Origin: Chrysomallon squamiferum
Lineage: Eukaryota > Animalia > Mollusca
Reading direction: 5' to 3'
Length of the DNA: 64,000 nt
Assembly: GCA_012295275.1 (NCBI GenBank)
Contig: CM022670.1
Coordinates: forward strand, 6,634,001-6,698,000
Below the pieces are notes generated by a model. It ran no database searches. It was not told where the DNA came from and saw nothing but the letters and a program-made list of their open reading frames with translations. Each line of letters begins with the position of its first letter. Position 1 is the first letter of the stretch. A program made the translations under genes and the position numbers. Of the stretch, positions 48,141-61,932 are shown piece by piece.

Positions 48141-49253
48141 TTTATTATCGTAAAAGAACTTTTTTTTTTTTTTTTTTTTTTTTTAAATATTCTTTCGGCA
48201 ACAGTTTTTTTTCTTCAGTAATTTGTTACTGATGTGAGTTTGACTTTAAAATGCTACTAGAACTTATTTATATCTAGTCATTCGTTAGTTGTTTTAAAAA
48301 CAAATTTCTTTAATAATTTTAGATCTTATTTATTAATATCCAGTTATTTTCTAGCTTTTTAAATAATTAAAATATGTACGATTATATTTTTTAAAAATAC
48401 ATATTTTTCTGTTACATAATTTAGCTAATAATTAAATGATGTAAGTTAAATATGTACGAAAATAAATGGTACATGTATACCATAATAAATGAATATGTAC
48501 ACGAATAAAGAGTAAAATGAGGAGATATAGAAATAATAATAATTATTATTATTATGCAAAAGTAAATGCACCAACATGGAGAAATGTAAAACTATCGAAA
48601 TTACATTTACGCATAGAAACACTTCAGTTTCATAAGAAACAAAAATAGAGTATACCAAAAGGCCGATAACTACGGCTATAATTTATTCGGCGCTGTAAAA
48701 TTTTAGTAATGGCTGCTGAAGATTTATTTTAAATAGCTATGTTCTGTCCACTTTTAATACTCACTCTCACTAACAGTTTGAGCTGCGACAGCAAAAACGA
48801 CCGCATTTAGCGTATACGTGACAAGCTCATTATTTTCTTCAACAACGACGTTATTTTCTTCCTGGAATTAGACCAATTATCTTTCCTCGGAGGACTACGT
48901 TGTTAACGCGGAAAGATTCTTAGTTTATATAGTTTTACTTGCAATGTGCAGTCAAAACAAAAAATATAAATAAATAAATAAATGATAGTAACAACAACAA
49001 CAACAATAATAATAATAATAATGACTACTACTACTAAAAATAATAATACACGAAATTAAATACGAGTATCGTTTACAATAATTATTTATGAATTTTTTTT
49101 TTTTTTTATCCTATCAAAAACAAATTATTTTTAAAAAGGAGAAAGAAAGTAGAAATTTTAAACTGATTATGGAGACCATAACCGTAATCCGGGTTTTTAA
49201 GAGTGGTGCTTCACGGTGGCGAAGTTCTTGTTTTAGATTATTATATTTAAAAT

Positions 49254-49290
<37 letters not shown>

Positions 49291-51084
49291 TTTTCTACTA
49301 GATATACTATTACAATGTTCGGGTAAGACAAATACTGTCTTAATTTTTATGAAAATGGCGAGTTTCAAAATTTTAGAAATAGGATTTTGCTGCTCACTTA
49401 ATAGACTTAACATCTTGGTTAAAAACGCAAGTTTTTCAGATGTACATGAAGGTAGCAAATATACGCTTCAACATTGTTCTGTAAAAATAGCAGAAATTTA
49501 TGTTAAAACTATTCTGAAATTTTCAGATAATGAAATATTTTATCTCTCCCGAATTAACTTACTGGAATTCTTAAAACTGCATGTTTTCTAAGAATGTTTT
49601 GAGTTCAATTTTCTGGCTTTTCTTCTTCTTTTACCTTTTAAATATTCAGCCATTCTAATAACATATATATATATATATATATTTATTCTAGCATTTAATG
49701 TAATCTCATTTACAGAGACTTGAAACCTCCCTATCTATTTTTGTTTTCTTAAATGTTTATACACTGGAAAATACGTACAAAAGATAAACCGTTACTAACA
49801 GAATGAGAGAAAAACTTGATGATTTCCTTTGAAATAACAAATACCTGATGATAAAAAATATGTATATATTTGATCCACGTACACTAGCGATGTTTTTAAA
49901 AATGCTTGTAAACTATGCAGCATTAAAACACAGATTTTAAAATTCTTTTATTTTTTTATTTTATTTTTATTATTTTTTTTATCTCTTACTGTACTGACAT
50001 TTTGCTTCAGTAATGTTGACTGTGACTGAAAAAGTCCTTCGTCTTCCTCCTACTAAAATTAAATTCTCATGGACTATTATCAAATAACAGAACACATTTT
50101 AACAACTGTCACATCGCAGGATTAATCCGCCTCTGTTTATATCAGTTTACTATTTCATTCTGTACAAAAAATCTATAGACTAACCCATTTAGTGACACTA
50201 ATATTTAAAATCAAATATTATGTCTTAAAACATTTTCCTTAACTAAATATGCTTTCTTAACAAAAAGTAATTATGTTTGGTCTCTATATTTCTGTGTGTG
50301 TATATATGTGTTTATGTTTGTGTGAATGCTTAAATAATCATTTATATCTATTTTCAATTCTATTTAATTTTCTGACAGTTCAAAACTGGGTTAAACGTAT
50401 TATAACACCTTTCGCGAAGATAACATTTCTTCTTCTTCTTCTTTTTAACAAGTTACGAGCGTTGGATAAGCAAACTTATTTTTAATACATTTTACAATGT
50501 AAGATAATGTTAATGCCTGCATGCCGCAGATGGTGTCACCATATTGAAACGACTATCTTGTTCAGCTTGGCTGGATATTGTCCGTTGAAATGAATGATTT
50601 CATTATTTCAGAGCTTGGTCATTCTACGCCATCGGCTACAATCTCAGCATGCAGGCTGCATCAGCATGTGCTTTATAATTATATTGTCAAGAAACCACCC
50701 AAACCATCGGCGCGTGTGATACCGGATTTCGGTCTACAGGAAGTGACGTCAAGGTTAACGTAACTTGCCGCTTGATAAGTCTTATTCGTACAGCGTTCGT
50801 TTTAGTGACGACAGCTGCAGTGATCGATAAAAGTACATCTCTGGAAATAATAATAAAAAAAGATAAATAAAATAATAAATGCGCATTATATTGTCATCGC
50901 TATTGCAAGATAAGTTTTTTTGTTATGTTATAAAAACTAACAGAACAGTTTATTTTTTAGTTTTTATTTGTGTTTTTTTGTTGTTTAAAATATTCACACA
51001 CAATAATTGAAATAAAAGCCCTGTTTATTTATTTACTGTTTCATTATATTATATATATCTTTTTAAATTTGCTATATATATATA

Positions 51085-51126
<42 letters not shown>

Positions 51127-51281
51127 TACATATATACATATCGCTTGGACTTTTTCTTTTTAAGTGTCAAAGAACTAAATAAATCTTTGTCACTTTCTGA
51201 AGGGTACTGATCACGTGACAAATAGATTGTTGATGTAACTTCTTTCTTATCGTGCATTTGCATTACGTAACAGACTTTTCC

Positions 51282-51314
<33 letters not shown>

Positions 51315-52261
51315 ATCGTAGTTATTGAACGTCTCATTTCTTACACCGTTTCGCGCCAAGTGAAAGTGGGCAGACGTAACTGGTGAGGTTTATTTTAGTA
51401 TTTGTCGTCTGAGTTTTTCCTCAGGAATACAGTCGTCAAGTTTTTACTTCTGCGATATGTACCGTGAATTCTGCACGCAGGTAAGTTTTCAAATTAACTT
51501 TAAAACACTTATTAAAACTTTATCAAGCCCAACCATGTTTTTAGTAGTTAAATAATGGCTTGTTGAAACATAATGTGCAGGAGTCATATTTATATGCCAA
51601 CCGTTTACAAATTATGAATATCGGATTTGTGTACTAAAACAAAATCAACAAAAAAACATCACAAAACAACAACAACAAAAAACCAACACAACAACAACAA
51701 TAATAATAAAAAATACAAGCTGTTTTAAAATGCACATTATGTGAGTCGAGACTTCTGTAACGAAACGAAAAGAGAATTAAAACAGATTATTCCAAATAAT
51801 AAAAAAATATTATAATCAAGCGATTAAAATAATAACCAATTAAAATAATTATTTTAATTATATTTTATTTCTTAGTTTTTTAGTTTTTACTAAATAGGCC
51901 AACTTATGGAATAGATCTATTTATAATTTTATAGTAGTAGTACGTTGCACTTTAGAATTATAACGTAAAAAAAAAAAAAAAAAAAAAACAAAAGAGAAAA
52001 AAAAAGAAAAATATAAAAAAAGGTAAAAGGCAAAGTGAACTAAATGGCTTGTTGGGAAGCTCTGAAAATTAAAATGAATATTCATGAAGTAACTGTATTA
52101 GTCACACAAAACGTATTAAGGTTTATATGTAAGTAATATACTTCTACTTCAAACGAGGCTGGGATAAACACAAAACATTTATATAATTAGGGATTATTTG
52201 TAAAGAAAATAACAAAACCTTTAGATTAAACTAAGTCTGATTATATACTACAGACTACTAC

Positions 52262-52455
52262 GTGTGTATGTACGTATGTTTGTATACATGTATGTATGTA
52301 TGTATGTATACATGTATACATATGTGTGTGTATGTATGTATGTATGTGTGTATACATGTATACATATGTGTGTGTATGTATGTATATATGTATATGGGTG
52401 TTTTTGTGTATGTATGTATAACATATGTATGTATGTATGTGTATGTATATGTATG
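52262..52455. repeat. (TATG)n/(TG)n compound microsatellite
   Basis: Direct inspection. Confidence 0.9.
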
Positions 52456-55342
52456 AACGTTAGTATATAATATTATAGATTTAGTATCATGTGTGTATAT
52501 ATGTAAATATATGTGTTAAATTTTGCTGTAAACAGACTTTTAAAAATCGCGGTAGGTGTAATGGATCTCGAAGTTACAGCCCACAGTTATAAAACTTGGC
52601 CATTTAACATAAATTGAAGGTTATCAGTGTCTTCAGTTTCAGATATAACGCGTAGTTGAAAAGATCTGAACACGTCTTACAGATGAAACATTTATAAACT
52701 TATACAGATAACTGATTCGAAATTTCAAAATTATAAGTTACTAAAACTTACATTTAAAACATGCTTCACGTTTACAGAGGGAAAACACTGTTTTCTGTTA
52801 TTTCTTTTCAGTATTCAGAAAATGATAATTTTTGTTGAAACGAGCTGTAAGAAAAATGCATCACAAGGGAATATAACTCACCCATTAAAAAAAAAAAAAA
52901 ATGTTTTAGCAGTTAACACAACGGAGATGAGTTTCATCTTTACACGTATGTTTTTTTTTAAGAAAGAAACAAATCATTACTTATTGTCTTTTGGTGAATC
53001 TAAACTAAACATGTATACATACATTTTTTATATTATTCAGCTCCATAAAAAACTGGGTATCCTTAAAAATGTATCTGCATTTTGTATTTAGTTTAATTAT
53101 TTCTCACTGACATTATTTTGTATATTTTGGTACTTATGTACTTCACTATACACCACATATCATATTATACTAATCATATTGATCGTTGTTTTGAACAATT
53201 CTCATATGCTGCAGATAACGATCTGAGTGTAAAGTTCATTTCAGTTTACTTGCACTCTGTTCTTAGGACAGAAAAGTACATTTTTATGAGGGAAGAATGC
53301 TTTATTACTTTCAACTGAATAAGCATCATAACTCTAAAAAGTAGAAAGAATTATAATCCAGAGATAAACTATTCAACTGTAGCAGGTTGTATTTGGTCTT
53401 GGAGACGGTGGTTACGAAGTATTCTGTGGTTTTATGAAAGAGGATGCCGAGTCCATGACATTATAACATATCTGTTCATACATTTCCAAGATTTCCTCTG
53501 TCGCCATTGTCAGTGTTAGGCAGTGAACAACACTGATGTTTGGTATCCCTTTCAGGATTTTGAGTAAAGGAAAGTCGATCTTTTTTTTTTTCTGAAAAAA
53601 TTCAAATTTAAAATAAAAATATTTATTTCAAAAGTTGTTGCTTAAATATAACATTCGCTTGCATATCAAATTTATATCTAAAATAATCTGTTTTAGCTTT
53701 CTTTTAGTGTAGATCATCTGCAGCTGGGATGGTGTACGTTTTAAATAACCATCAAGTTAATCTAAACCTCGCTTGCCTCTATTCTTAGGACAGTCGTAAG
53801 TTTTAAATGGCTACGTTCCGACAGTCTTCCGATCTTTCTTCGTGTATTTCTTTTTTTTTCTTCTTTATTTGTTCACCCCAAACCTAAGTTAATTTTAATG
53901 AAAATAAATAGGCTAAATGGCATTGCAGCCATTCATTGTAATGTGGAATCAGAACTCATCACATATCATTTTGTACGTTATTCATCGGTATAAAAATAAC
54001 TCATATATCATTTGGTTTCGAAACAGAAGAAATAAAATTATGTGAAAAAAAATTAAAAAGATGAAAGAAAAAAAGATCCTTTTTAGTGTTAAACATTTTT
54101 CAATTTACCGCTTTGTAAGACCTAGTCTCGTAAAGACTACATTTTATATGCAAGCTAAGAAATACGAGTATATAGCTTTTTGTTATCTGAGTTAATAACA
54201 TTTTGTGTTTTTTGTTGTTGCTGTAGACAGACAGACAGATAGATAGATAGACAGAGAGACAGACAGACAGATAGATAGAAAATTAGTTATATAGATATAT
54301 ATTATCTAATTTATTACACCTCCAAAAGCAGACTATTCTTTTCTTTTCTTTATTTTTTAACCTAATGTATTAGACGTGGATTTTAAAAATTATTACCTTA
54401 TTTATTTGTTTATTTTAGGTAGTTTAATTTTGTTTTGTTATGCTGAGAGTTGACTAAATACGCAGTCACTGGTTTCAGTGCGAGGATCTCATGGCTGTTT
54501 TTGCAACGATTGTCACTGTTTTACTGCTGAATCAGATCAGTTTGTAACAATACACAGTTGTTACGTTCAGTTATAATTTCAAATATAAGAGGCCAAAAAA
54601 TCAATTTCAGAGGGTCAGTAGGTTTACTGTATAAAGTATAACCACTTACAGCAACACAAACAAATACTACAGTACTTGAATGACAAAAACGCACCTAATG
54701 ATAGGTTAGTAAGGTATTAGCACGAAAACAAATAAATAAACAGTTCAAGTTATAAAGAGTTCAAGTTACAAACAGTTCAAATTACAAATAGTTGAATGTA
54801 TAAACAAAGTCGGTTGTTCAGTAAAGACATGTTATTTATGTCTGAAAAAAAGATTTAAAAATAAATATGACTTTAAATTATGTTAGATTTTGCTTTTATT
54901 ATTATTATTATTTTTTTTTGATGTGCTCAACTTACGTAAGATATATTTTTAAAATCTCGTTTTTTAAAAGAGGTAAGAAAACACTCCAACGTGCCGATCT
55001 CTTAACGTCTCTTCTCTCTCTCAAAAAACCCCCATAACAAACTAAACCATGACTTACTTGACATCTGACATCTGATTGACCCCACTCTCAAAACACCTAA
55101 CACTATGACTTATTTCACATTTGATAGCATTTGTCGGTGTCAGCAGTGTTGTAATTAATGTCACGTAGAAAAAAATATATATATTTGTGTTGTTTTATCA
55201 GCGTGTCGGTGACATTGATGAGAATTAACTGCACTGAAAGACTGGAGATAAATTTTAAAACTTGTACAGATAATAAAAACAACGCCTTATATCTATTTTT
55301 ATTTATTTAACTTAATATACAGGCCTATATATATGTTATATA

Positions 55343-55970
55343 CGTATGTATGTATGTATGTATGTATGTATGTATGTATGTATGTGTATATATATATATA
55401 TATATATATGTTCGTTTATTTATTTGTTTGTTTGTATGTTTGTTTGCTTGTTTACTATTTTTATTAATTTATACATAATCAGTACAGAAGACATATAAAA
55501 AAAATAAATAAAAAATAGCAGGTTTATTCGTACGTGTACACACAGGTGCTAATATGTAAGTATGTATGTATCTATGTATGTATATAGGTGTGTATGTATG
55601 TATGTAAGTATGTATGTATGTATGCATGTATATATGTATGTTTGTATCTGTGTATGTATCTATGTATGTATGTATGTATGTATGTATGTATGTATGTATC
55701 TATGTATGTATGTATGTATGTATGTATGTATGTGTGTATGTATATGTGTGTGTGTGTATGTATGTATGTATGTATGCATGCAGGAAAGTACTATATATGT
55801 ACGTATAGGTATGTGTGTGTGTATATATATATGTGTATGTATGTATGCATGTATGTATATGTACGTATGTATGTGTATGTATATATGTATGAATGTACTA
55901 CATATGTATGTGTGTGTATGTGTATGTATATATATATATACACATATATATGTATGTATGTATACATATA
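55343..55970. repeat. (TATG)n compound microsatellite blocks
   Basis: Direct inspection. These blocks produce the MYVC-type spurious ORFs. Confidence 0.9.
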
Positions 55971-56964
55971 GTACAATAAACATTACATATATAACAGTAA
56001 ATTTATGAATGAAATATGAAATTCATTTGTCGAACAAAAAAATCAAAGAGTGTTCACATATGATCGGTCATCCCTTGAATCGGCGCTAGTTTCTCGCTGA
56101 ATGTTTAATATTTATTTGATAACTATGATCATTTTTACAAAAGCAGAATTTTCTTCAAAACACTTTACATTGAACGTTTGTAATATTCTGATATTGATCC
56201 GTTACTTCGAAGCGTTCGGGCAAGTTAGTGACGATATTATTTCTCCAAACCTTTCTGTCATTTCCTGTAAATTAAGATTGGAATACGTTTTCAAATGTCA
56301 AAACCTTTTCATATTTTATTACTTCCTTCATTACATTGCTTTTCGGAAAGGCAAATTTGAGATATAAAATTAAAAAAAAAGAAAAGAAAGAATACTAAGG
56401 AAAACAACACCGAGAGAAAAAAAAGAAAATCACAAAATACTGAATACTAATAACCGAGAAAAGAAAAACTATGTTTATTACCAAGTACAGAGTATAGATC
56501 TTTGACCGCCATAATTGCATTTCAGATATATCACAAGTTCTTTCAAACTGTCCCTTGTTGCTGTTGATGAAAAATTCTTTGTAGGAAAAAACCAAAATCG
56601 ATACGAAATGTAAAAGATATTTCCCCGGAGTGTGTCAAGTTATCATAAAATATGAATTAGATTTTAATGTCTAATTAAAACGAAAGTATAATTTTCGCTC
56701 CAGCAGTATCGAAACTGTCACTAACATTTATATGCATTTTAGAAATAGTTTGTAAACAGTTATAATTTAGTCAGTGTGAACCACTTTGGGTGTTAGCTGT
56801 CTTTGTCCTGTCTGGCAGAGAACGTAACAGATGACCTTGTCTCAGAGTAAGAGATTTAAATACTGAAATCTGTTGATGTTTCGTTGACAAAGAATAAAAC
56901 TGTGTAATAACTGACTCTAACACCCTAACCTACTGTACCTTTTTCTGTTCCTCTGTGTGTGTGC

Positions 56965-57119
<155 letters not shown>

Positions 57120-57862
57120 GAAAAATTGTCATATGTACAAATTGTCTCGATTAAGATTAGTGCGGTGTATGAATTGGCTTCAGTAACACCTTGTTTAAAT
57201 CATATACTAGTAAACTGTTAGTATTATCGTTGATACTGTCGCACATGACATACATACGTCCACCGACAGACACAATGTCCTGTATGTATGTTAGTAGACC
57301 TGAAATTGGTGTCGGATCATTAAACGTCATTCACAAGTACGTAAAACGCTGCCACCTAGCAACACAGCATCACCTTATTTGAATTGACGTAAAACCAGGA
57401 AACAACGTTTAGCCCAGAGCTAATCATATTTATCTAAATGTAAAATCTAATTATCTCGAGTGTTAATGGACATATCGAATTGATGATATTTGTAACCACG
57501 TGCCGCGTCAGATATCATACAATTGTTACTTTTGAGGACGTTGCAAGGTTGTATATCACATTTTAACTATGTGTTTCGTTTTTCAGATCCTACTAACATA
57601 TGTTTGCTTGTTTTATTACTAATTACATCGTATTTAGAGATGAAAATTCAACTGAATAAATAAATAAATAAATAAATAAATAAGACCACTAAATAAGGGT
57701 TCAAAACTAAGATTTAAACTTATAAGGGGAAAAGAAAGACCAAAAATAAGATAAAAGTGATGATAGGCTGAATTTTCATATGGTGCCGTCTAAGCGGTGG
57801 GAAATTGTAGAAAACCCGACTGTCAGACATTAACAAAGAATAAGACATACCAACAACTAGAG

Positions 57863-58081
57863 CAGGTGTGTCAAATTCACGGACAGAAAGGGGTCAAGGA
57901 AAGAAAAGAGGTCCAAAAGGCAAGAATAAGGATGTAGAATGGGGAGATTGAATATTAAATTATTATTTTTTTCTGAAATATGGCGAGCCTGTAACAATGA
58001 CAGAACGATTTAACATATAAACAACGGGACGATCGTGGGCCACATTTAATTACTCCGCAAGCCACATATTTGAGACCCCTG
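57863..58081. mobile_element. Non-autonomous hAT (Charlie-like) MITE, about 219 bp, degenerate
   Basis: Terminal inverted repeats CAGGTGTGTCAAAT ... ATTTGAGACCCCTG (12/14). The flanking 8-mers aactagag and aaccggac match at 5/8. Confidence 0.62.
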
Positions 58082-59062
58082 AACCGGACCTTTCAGACTA
58101 TAACCTCTACAGCGTGTAACTTATATACGCATTTACATTCTGTCGAGCAGTAGATACCAGTGTTAACTACGGCCATGTTTAAGTGACAGAATAGACTATC
58201 CTCAGTGAGGTTTTGTCCCAGTGAAGAGCAAGATTAATCGTTCTGCTGTTAATCTCTGAACTGTTGTAATTGCGCTGTCGACGTCGTGTTGTTTGGGAGA
58301 GGAATCTTGTCGACTGAGAACCTGTGACAGGTTGCGATGGTTAGCAAGCGAGCCACAATCGATTCCCTGCAGAACTCACAGGACAATATGGCGGTAACAG
58401 TGCGACGACTTCCGGTTTCAAACAACGTTTCTTATTGCCTCTTGCTGCCTTATAATAACGACGATGTTGTTATTGTTATTATGATGATGATAACAGAAGT
58501 ATTTTTTCAAATAACCAGTAGTAGTAGTAGTAATAATAATAATAATAATAAGAAGAAGAAGAAGAAGAAGAAGAATAAATAATTTTGGTTCGGCAAATTA
58601 TTAGTGAAAGAACATTTTGTTATTAGATATTTAAACATTTTCTTCATTATTTTTCCAAATACCTTTTTCTTTATTTTATTCCATATTTTTCTTTTTTCTT
58701 TCTTTCTTTTTTCATTTTTTTGTAATTGAGTTCTCCAAGTCAAGTAAACACTATAACAAAACTGAAATGTTTAAAAAATGAATTAATATAAATTGCTTCC
58801 AAGCTGCACAATCAATAGAAGTTATTTTGTTACGTGTATGATTAATTACATCTTGTCTGCTTAGAAAAGTGTTCCACCGGTTTAAAATAGAATTAATGTG
58901 CAAGATGAACCCGAGCAGCGCGCAGTTTGAAACATATACATTCAGGGACGGATCCAGCATTTCACAAAAGCGTGTCCAGGATCTTTATGGTCTGTCTAAT
59001 TTTTAAAGTGAAATAAGCTTAACTGTAAAGAACGACATTTATGTAGAATTTATATAAAAAAA

Positions 59063-59095
<33 letters not shown>

Positions 59096-59119
59096 GGGAA
59101 CAGGGAGCACATCCCTTTC

Positions 59120-59345
59120 AATGCGCGCATTCACGTGAAACTTTAAACGACGTTTGATTGGTTTCATTCTCAGATCAGTCAGACGTCATCGCAGGTCAAA
59201 ATAAACACAAGCCATAAACAGACGGAAGTTACAAATTAAAGAAGTAATCACTTCTTTGGTCTCCTAGCAACGGCAGATCTATTTTTCTTAGGCCAACCAA
59301 TCAAGTGAATCGATCTCGATCTCCGAGATAATCTTATTGGCTCTC
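59120..59345. promoter_or_regulatory. Dense promoter-like motif cluster of an unidentified transcript
   Basis: E-box TCACGTGA at 59131, three ATTGG/CCAAT boxes, CRE-like GACGTCA at 59182, ETS CGGAAGT at 59223 and RFX X-box GTCTCCTAGCAAC at 59259. Confidence 0.6.
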
Positions 59346-60416
59346 CTGTGAAACGGAACTCCGAAATGTCACCCGAGGCTTCACTTTTTCATTTGGCTTT
59401 ATTTGTATTGAACGTAATCAAAACCCCAGCGTCTATCTGACCCAAACAGCAGAGCGAGCGTACAGCACTGGAGACAATCAGACATTGGTTGTATTTATTA
59501 CTTATGATGACGGGTAGATTTCGGGACGAACAGCAACATGTGCCAGAGTAGATAATGAAAATGCAATGGATACGGCTGGGGCAAGATTTGATTTATTATT
59601 TGTAGAGGAATGGCATGGTGGGTAATGAATGTACTGCTGCTTACGTAGACAATAAACGTTTTATTGGAGACAGGGACATGTAGGGCGGAAGAATGTCAAA
59701 GCTGCAGGTAAAAATGCTGTGTTTAACGCAAAACTTGGGTGTGAGAGTGTTAGAGATGAAAACAAAGTCGGCTGATGGGTACGGGTGACTTTGGCAGTCA
59801 CCACGTGTTAAGTGGTGCCACATCATGTATTTGAGATCTAAATACTAAAGGAATTTAAAATTAATGAACCAAAAAAAAAAAAAAAAATTAAAAAAATGTT
59901 TGAGACAAGTCAAGTTTTCGAGAATCAGATTATTAATTCTTTATATCGAAAACAACTGACAAAGAAAGTTTTCAGCTAGAACATCGACATTAGAGTGTCC
60001 GGGTAGCCAACATCTGTAGAGCCGTCCCCCAGAATAAAGAAACAATTGCTGTATTTTTATTACTGATTAAAATACTTTTTAAAAGTCACCTTTATATGTG
60101 AATGATTATCACGTGTTGTTTATTTAGCTAGATAACAGAAGTCCTCCACGGAATTTAAAAACAATAAATATTAAAAGAAATATTGAAATAAATAACGCAA
60201 TTAATACTGAATTTTTTTTTTTTTTTTATATATATCTACCGAATTACATCTACTCTGCACACATCGATACCTGGCTTTGTCGCATTTCTGAATAAACCGG
60301 CATCATTAACAGCCAGACCCCTCTCCCTTTAAAATCTTACAAAACATAATTCTACGTAAATCGAATTCATCATATATTTATTCTGGATTTCAACGAAACT
60401 TTAGGAAGAAAATGTC

Positions 60417-60465
<49 letters not shown>
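60417..60465. repeat. (AGT)n microsatellite
   Basis: Direct inspection. Confidence 0.95.
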
Positions 60466-60466
<1 letters not shown>

Positions 60467-61346
60467 AAGAAGAAGTACTAGTAGTAGTAGAAGTAGTAGT
60501 AATAGTGTAACAGTAGCAGTACTAATACTGCTAATGAAGATGATGATAATAATATCTCTTTTCTTTCTTCTTCATCATGCTCATCTTCTAATGCTTCTTC
60601 TTCTTATTATTATTAAGAAAAAAATATTCTTATTTTTTAAATGAAGGACTGGAAGATCTCCTTTTTTTTTATCGGAAATATAGGCCTATATATTTAACAC
60701 TGAAGTTTCCAAGGCAACTTCGAAAAGAGTAAATATAGCAAGGAACAGCTGAAAGACTGAGATTTAAGTAGAGACGTGAATGATCAAAGTGTGTCTCACA
60801 GTTAATGAAAAGTGATTTGTACACGAGGTTAATGCTCCATAATGGACGAGCAATGTAAATATTCATTCGTAAAACCAAAAATATTCTTAAGGTTTCATTT
60901 TCTCGCAGGTCTTGGTACAGATATTTTTTTTTAATTAAAATGGGTTAATGGTAAAGTAAATTATTCCTGGCGGCAAAATTACAATTACAAAAATAGAACA
61001 GAAATTCAGATTTCGTTTCGAAAATAGTCCAGAGCTTAAAACTTCCTTGGCATAGATAGTCCTGTAGATTCCATCAGATCTTCAAAATAAACAGTTCATT
61101 ACCATGACATGTCCATGGATGTAAATATAGAAAACAAATTGAAAAGAAAGGGATAAAGAAACAACAACATCCCGTACGTCCAAACAGATGCCAGTAATAA
61201 ATGCAAACATAATTACTGATCTTTAGACACAATTAGGCAAAACTCATCCATGAACGCGACCAGACATACAAAAAAATCCATGGACGTAATTAGGAATAAA
61301 TGGTCAAATGATACACTTCGGTTCACTGATCAAACTGCGAGCTATC

Positions 61347-61392
<46 letters not shown>

Positions 61393-61885
61393 TTTTTTAA
61401 TCTTTAAATTTTGATAGATGCAAGCGTTGACATCTAATCAATACAACATGGAGAGAAAACTGAAAGCTTTTCTTCAAATTATCTGAGATTCTCTGCAGCT
61501 CCATGACAAACTCGTTACAAGTGAATCATTTCATTTTTTTTTTTTTTTTTTAAAGCATTTTTATACCACAGAAACAAATTTTTTTTAAAGACAAATGAAA
61601 CCGTATAATTGAAATATTTAGAAATGTTAAGTAATGGTAGACGACAGACTGATAAAGGTCAGTCAGTTTATTAACAGAGAAACGAAGCCAATAAATGAAA
61701 CGTAATTTGATCTCTTATCCCTTTCACGTATTATTCCCTCGTTTAATTAACATTAATAGCTCAATATGTTATTTCTCATATTATATTATTAATATACATG
61801 TACATGAATATATGCATATATTCATATGTGTATGTTGGCCTATATCTCTATAATTATTTATGTCTGTTTATATATGTATGAATGG

Positions 61886-61932
<47 letters not shown>

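Noticed and set aside
54492-54548. Hydrophobic mini-ORF MAVFATIVTVLLLNQISL*
   Set aside because: It is only 18 codons, has no convincing donor, and is common by chance in T-rich DNA.
56916-56932. ACCCTAACC as a telomerase RNA template or telomeric remnant
   Set aside because: It is only 9 nt, sits beside a TC microsatellite and has no visible supporting structure. This is expected by chance.
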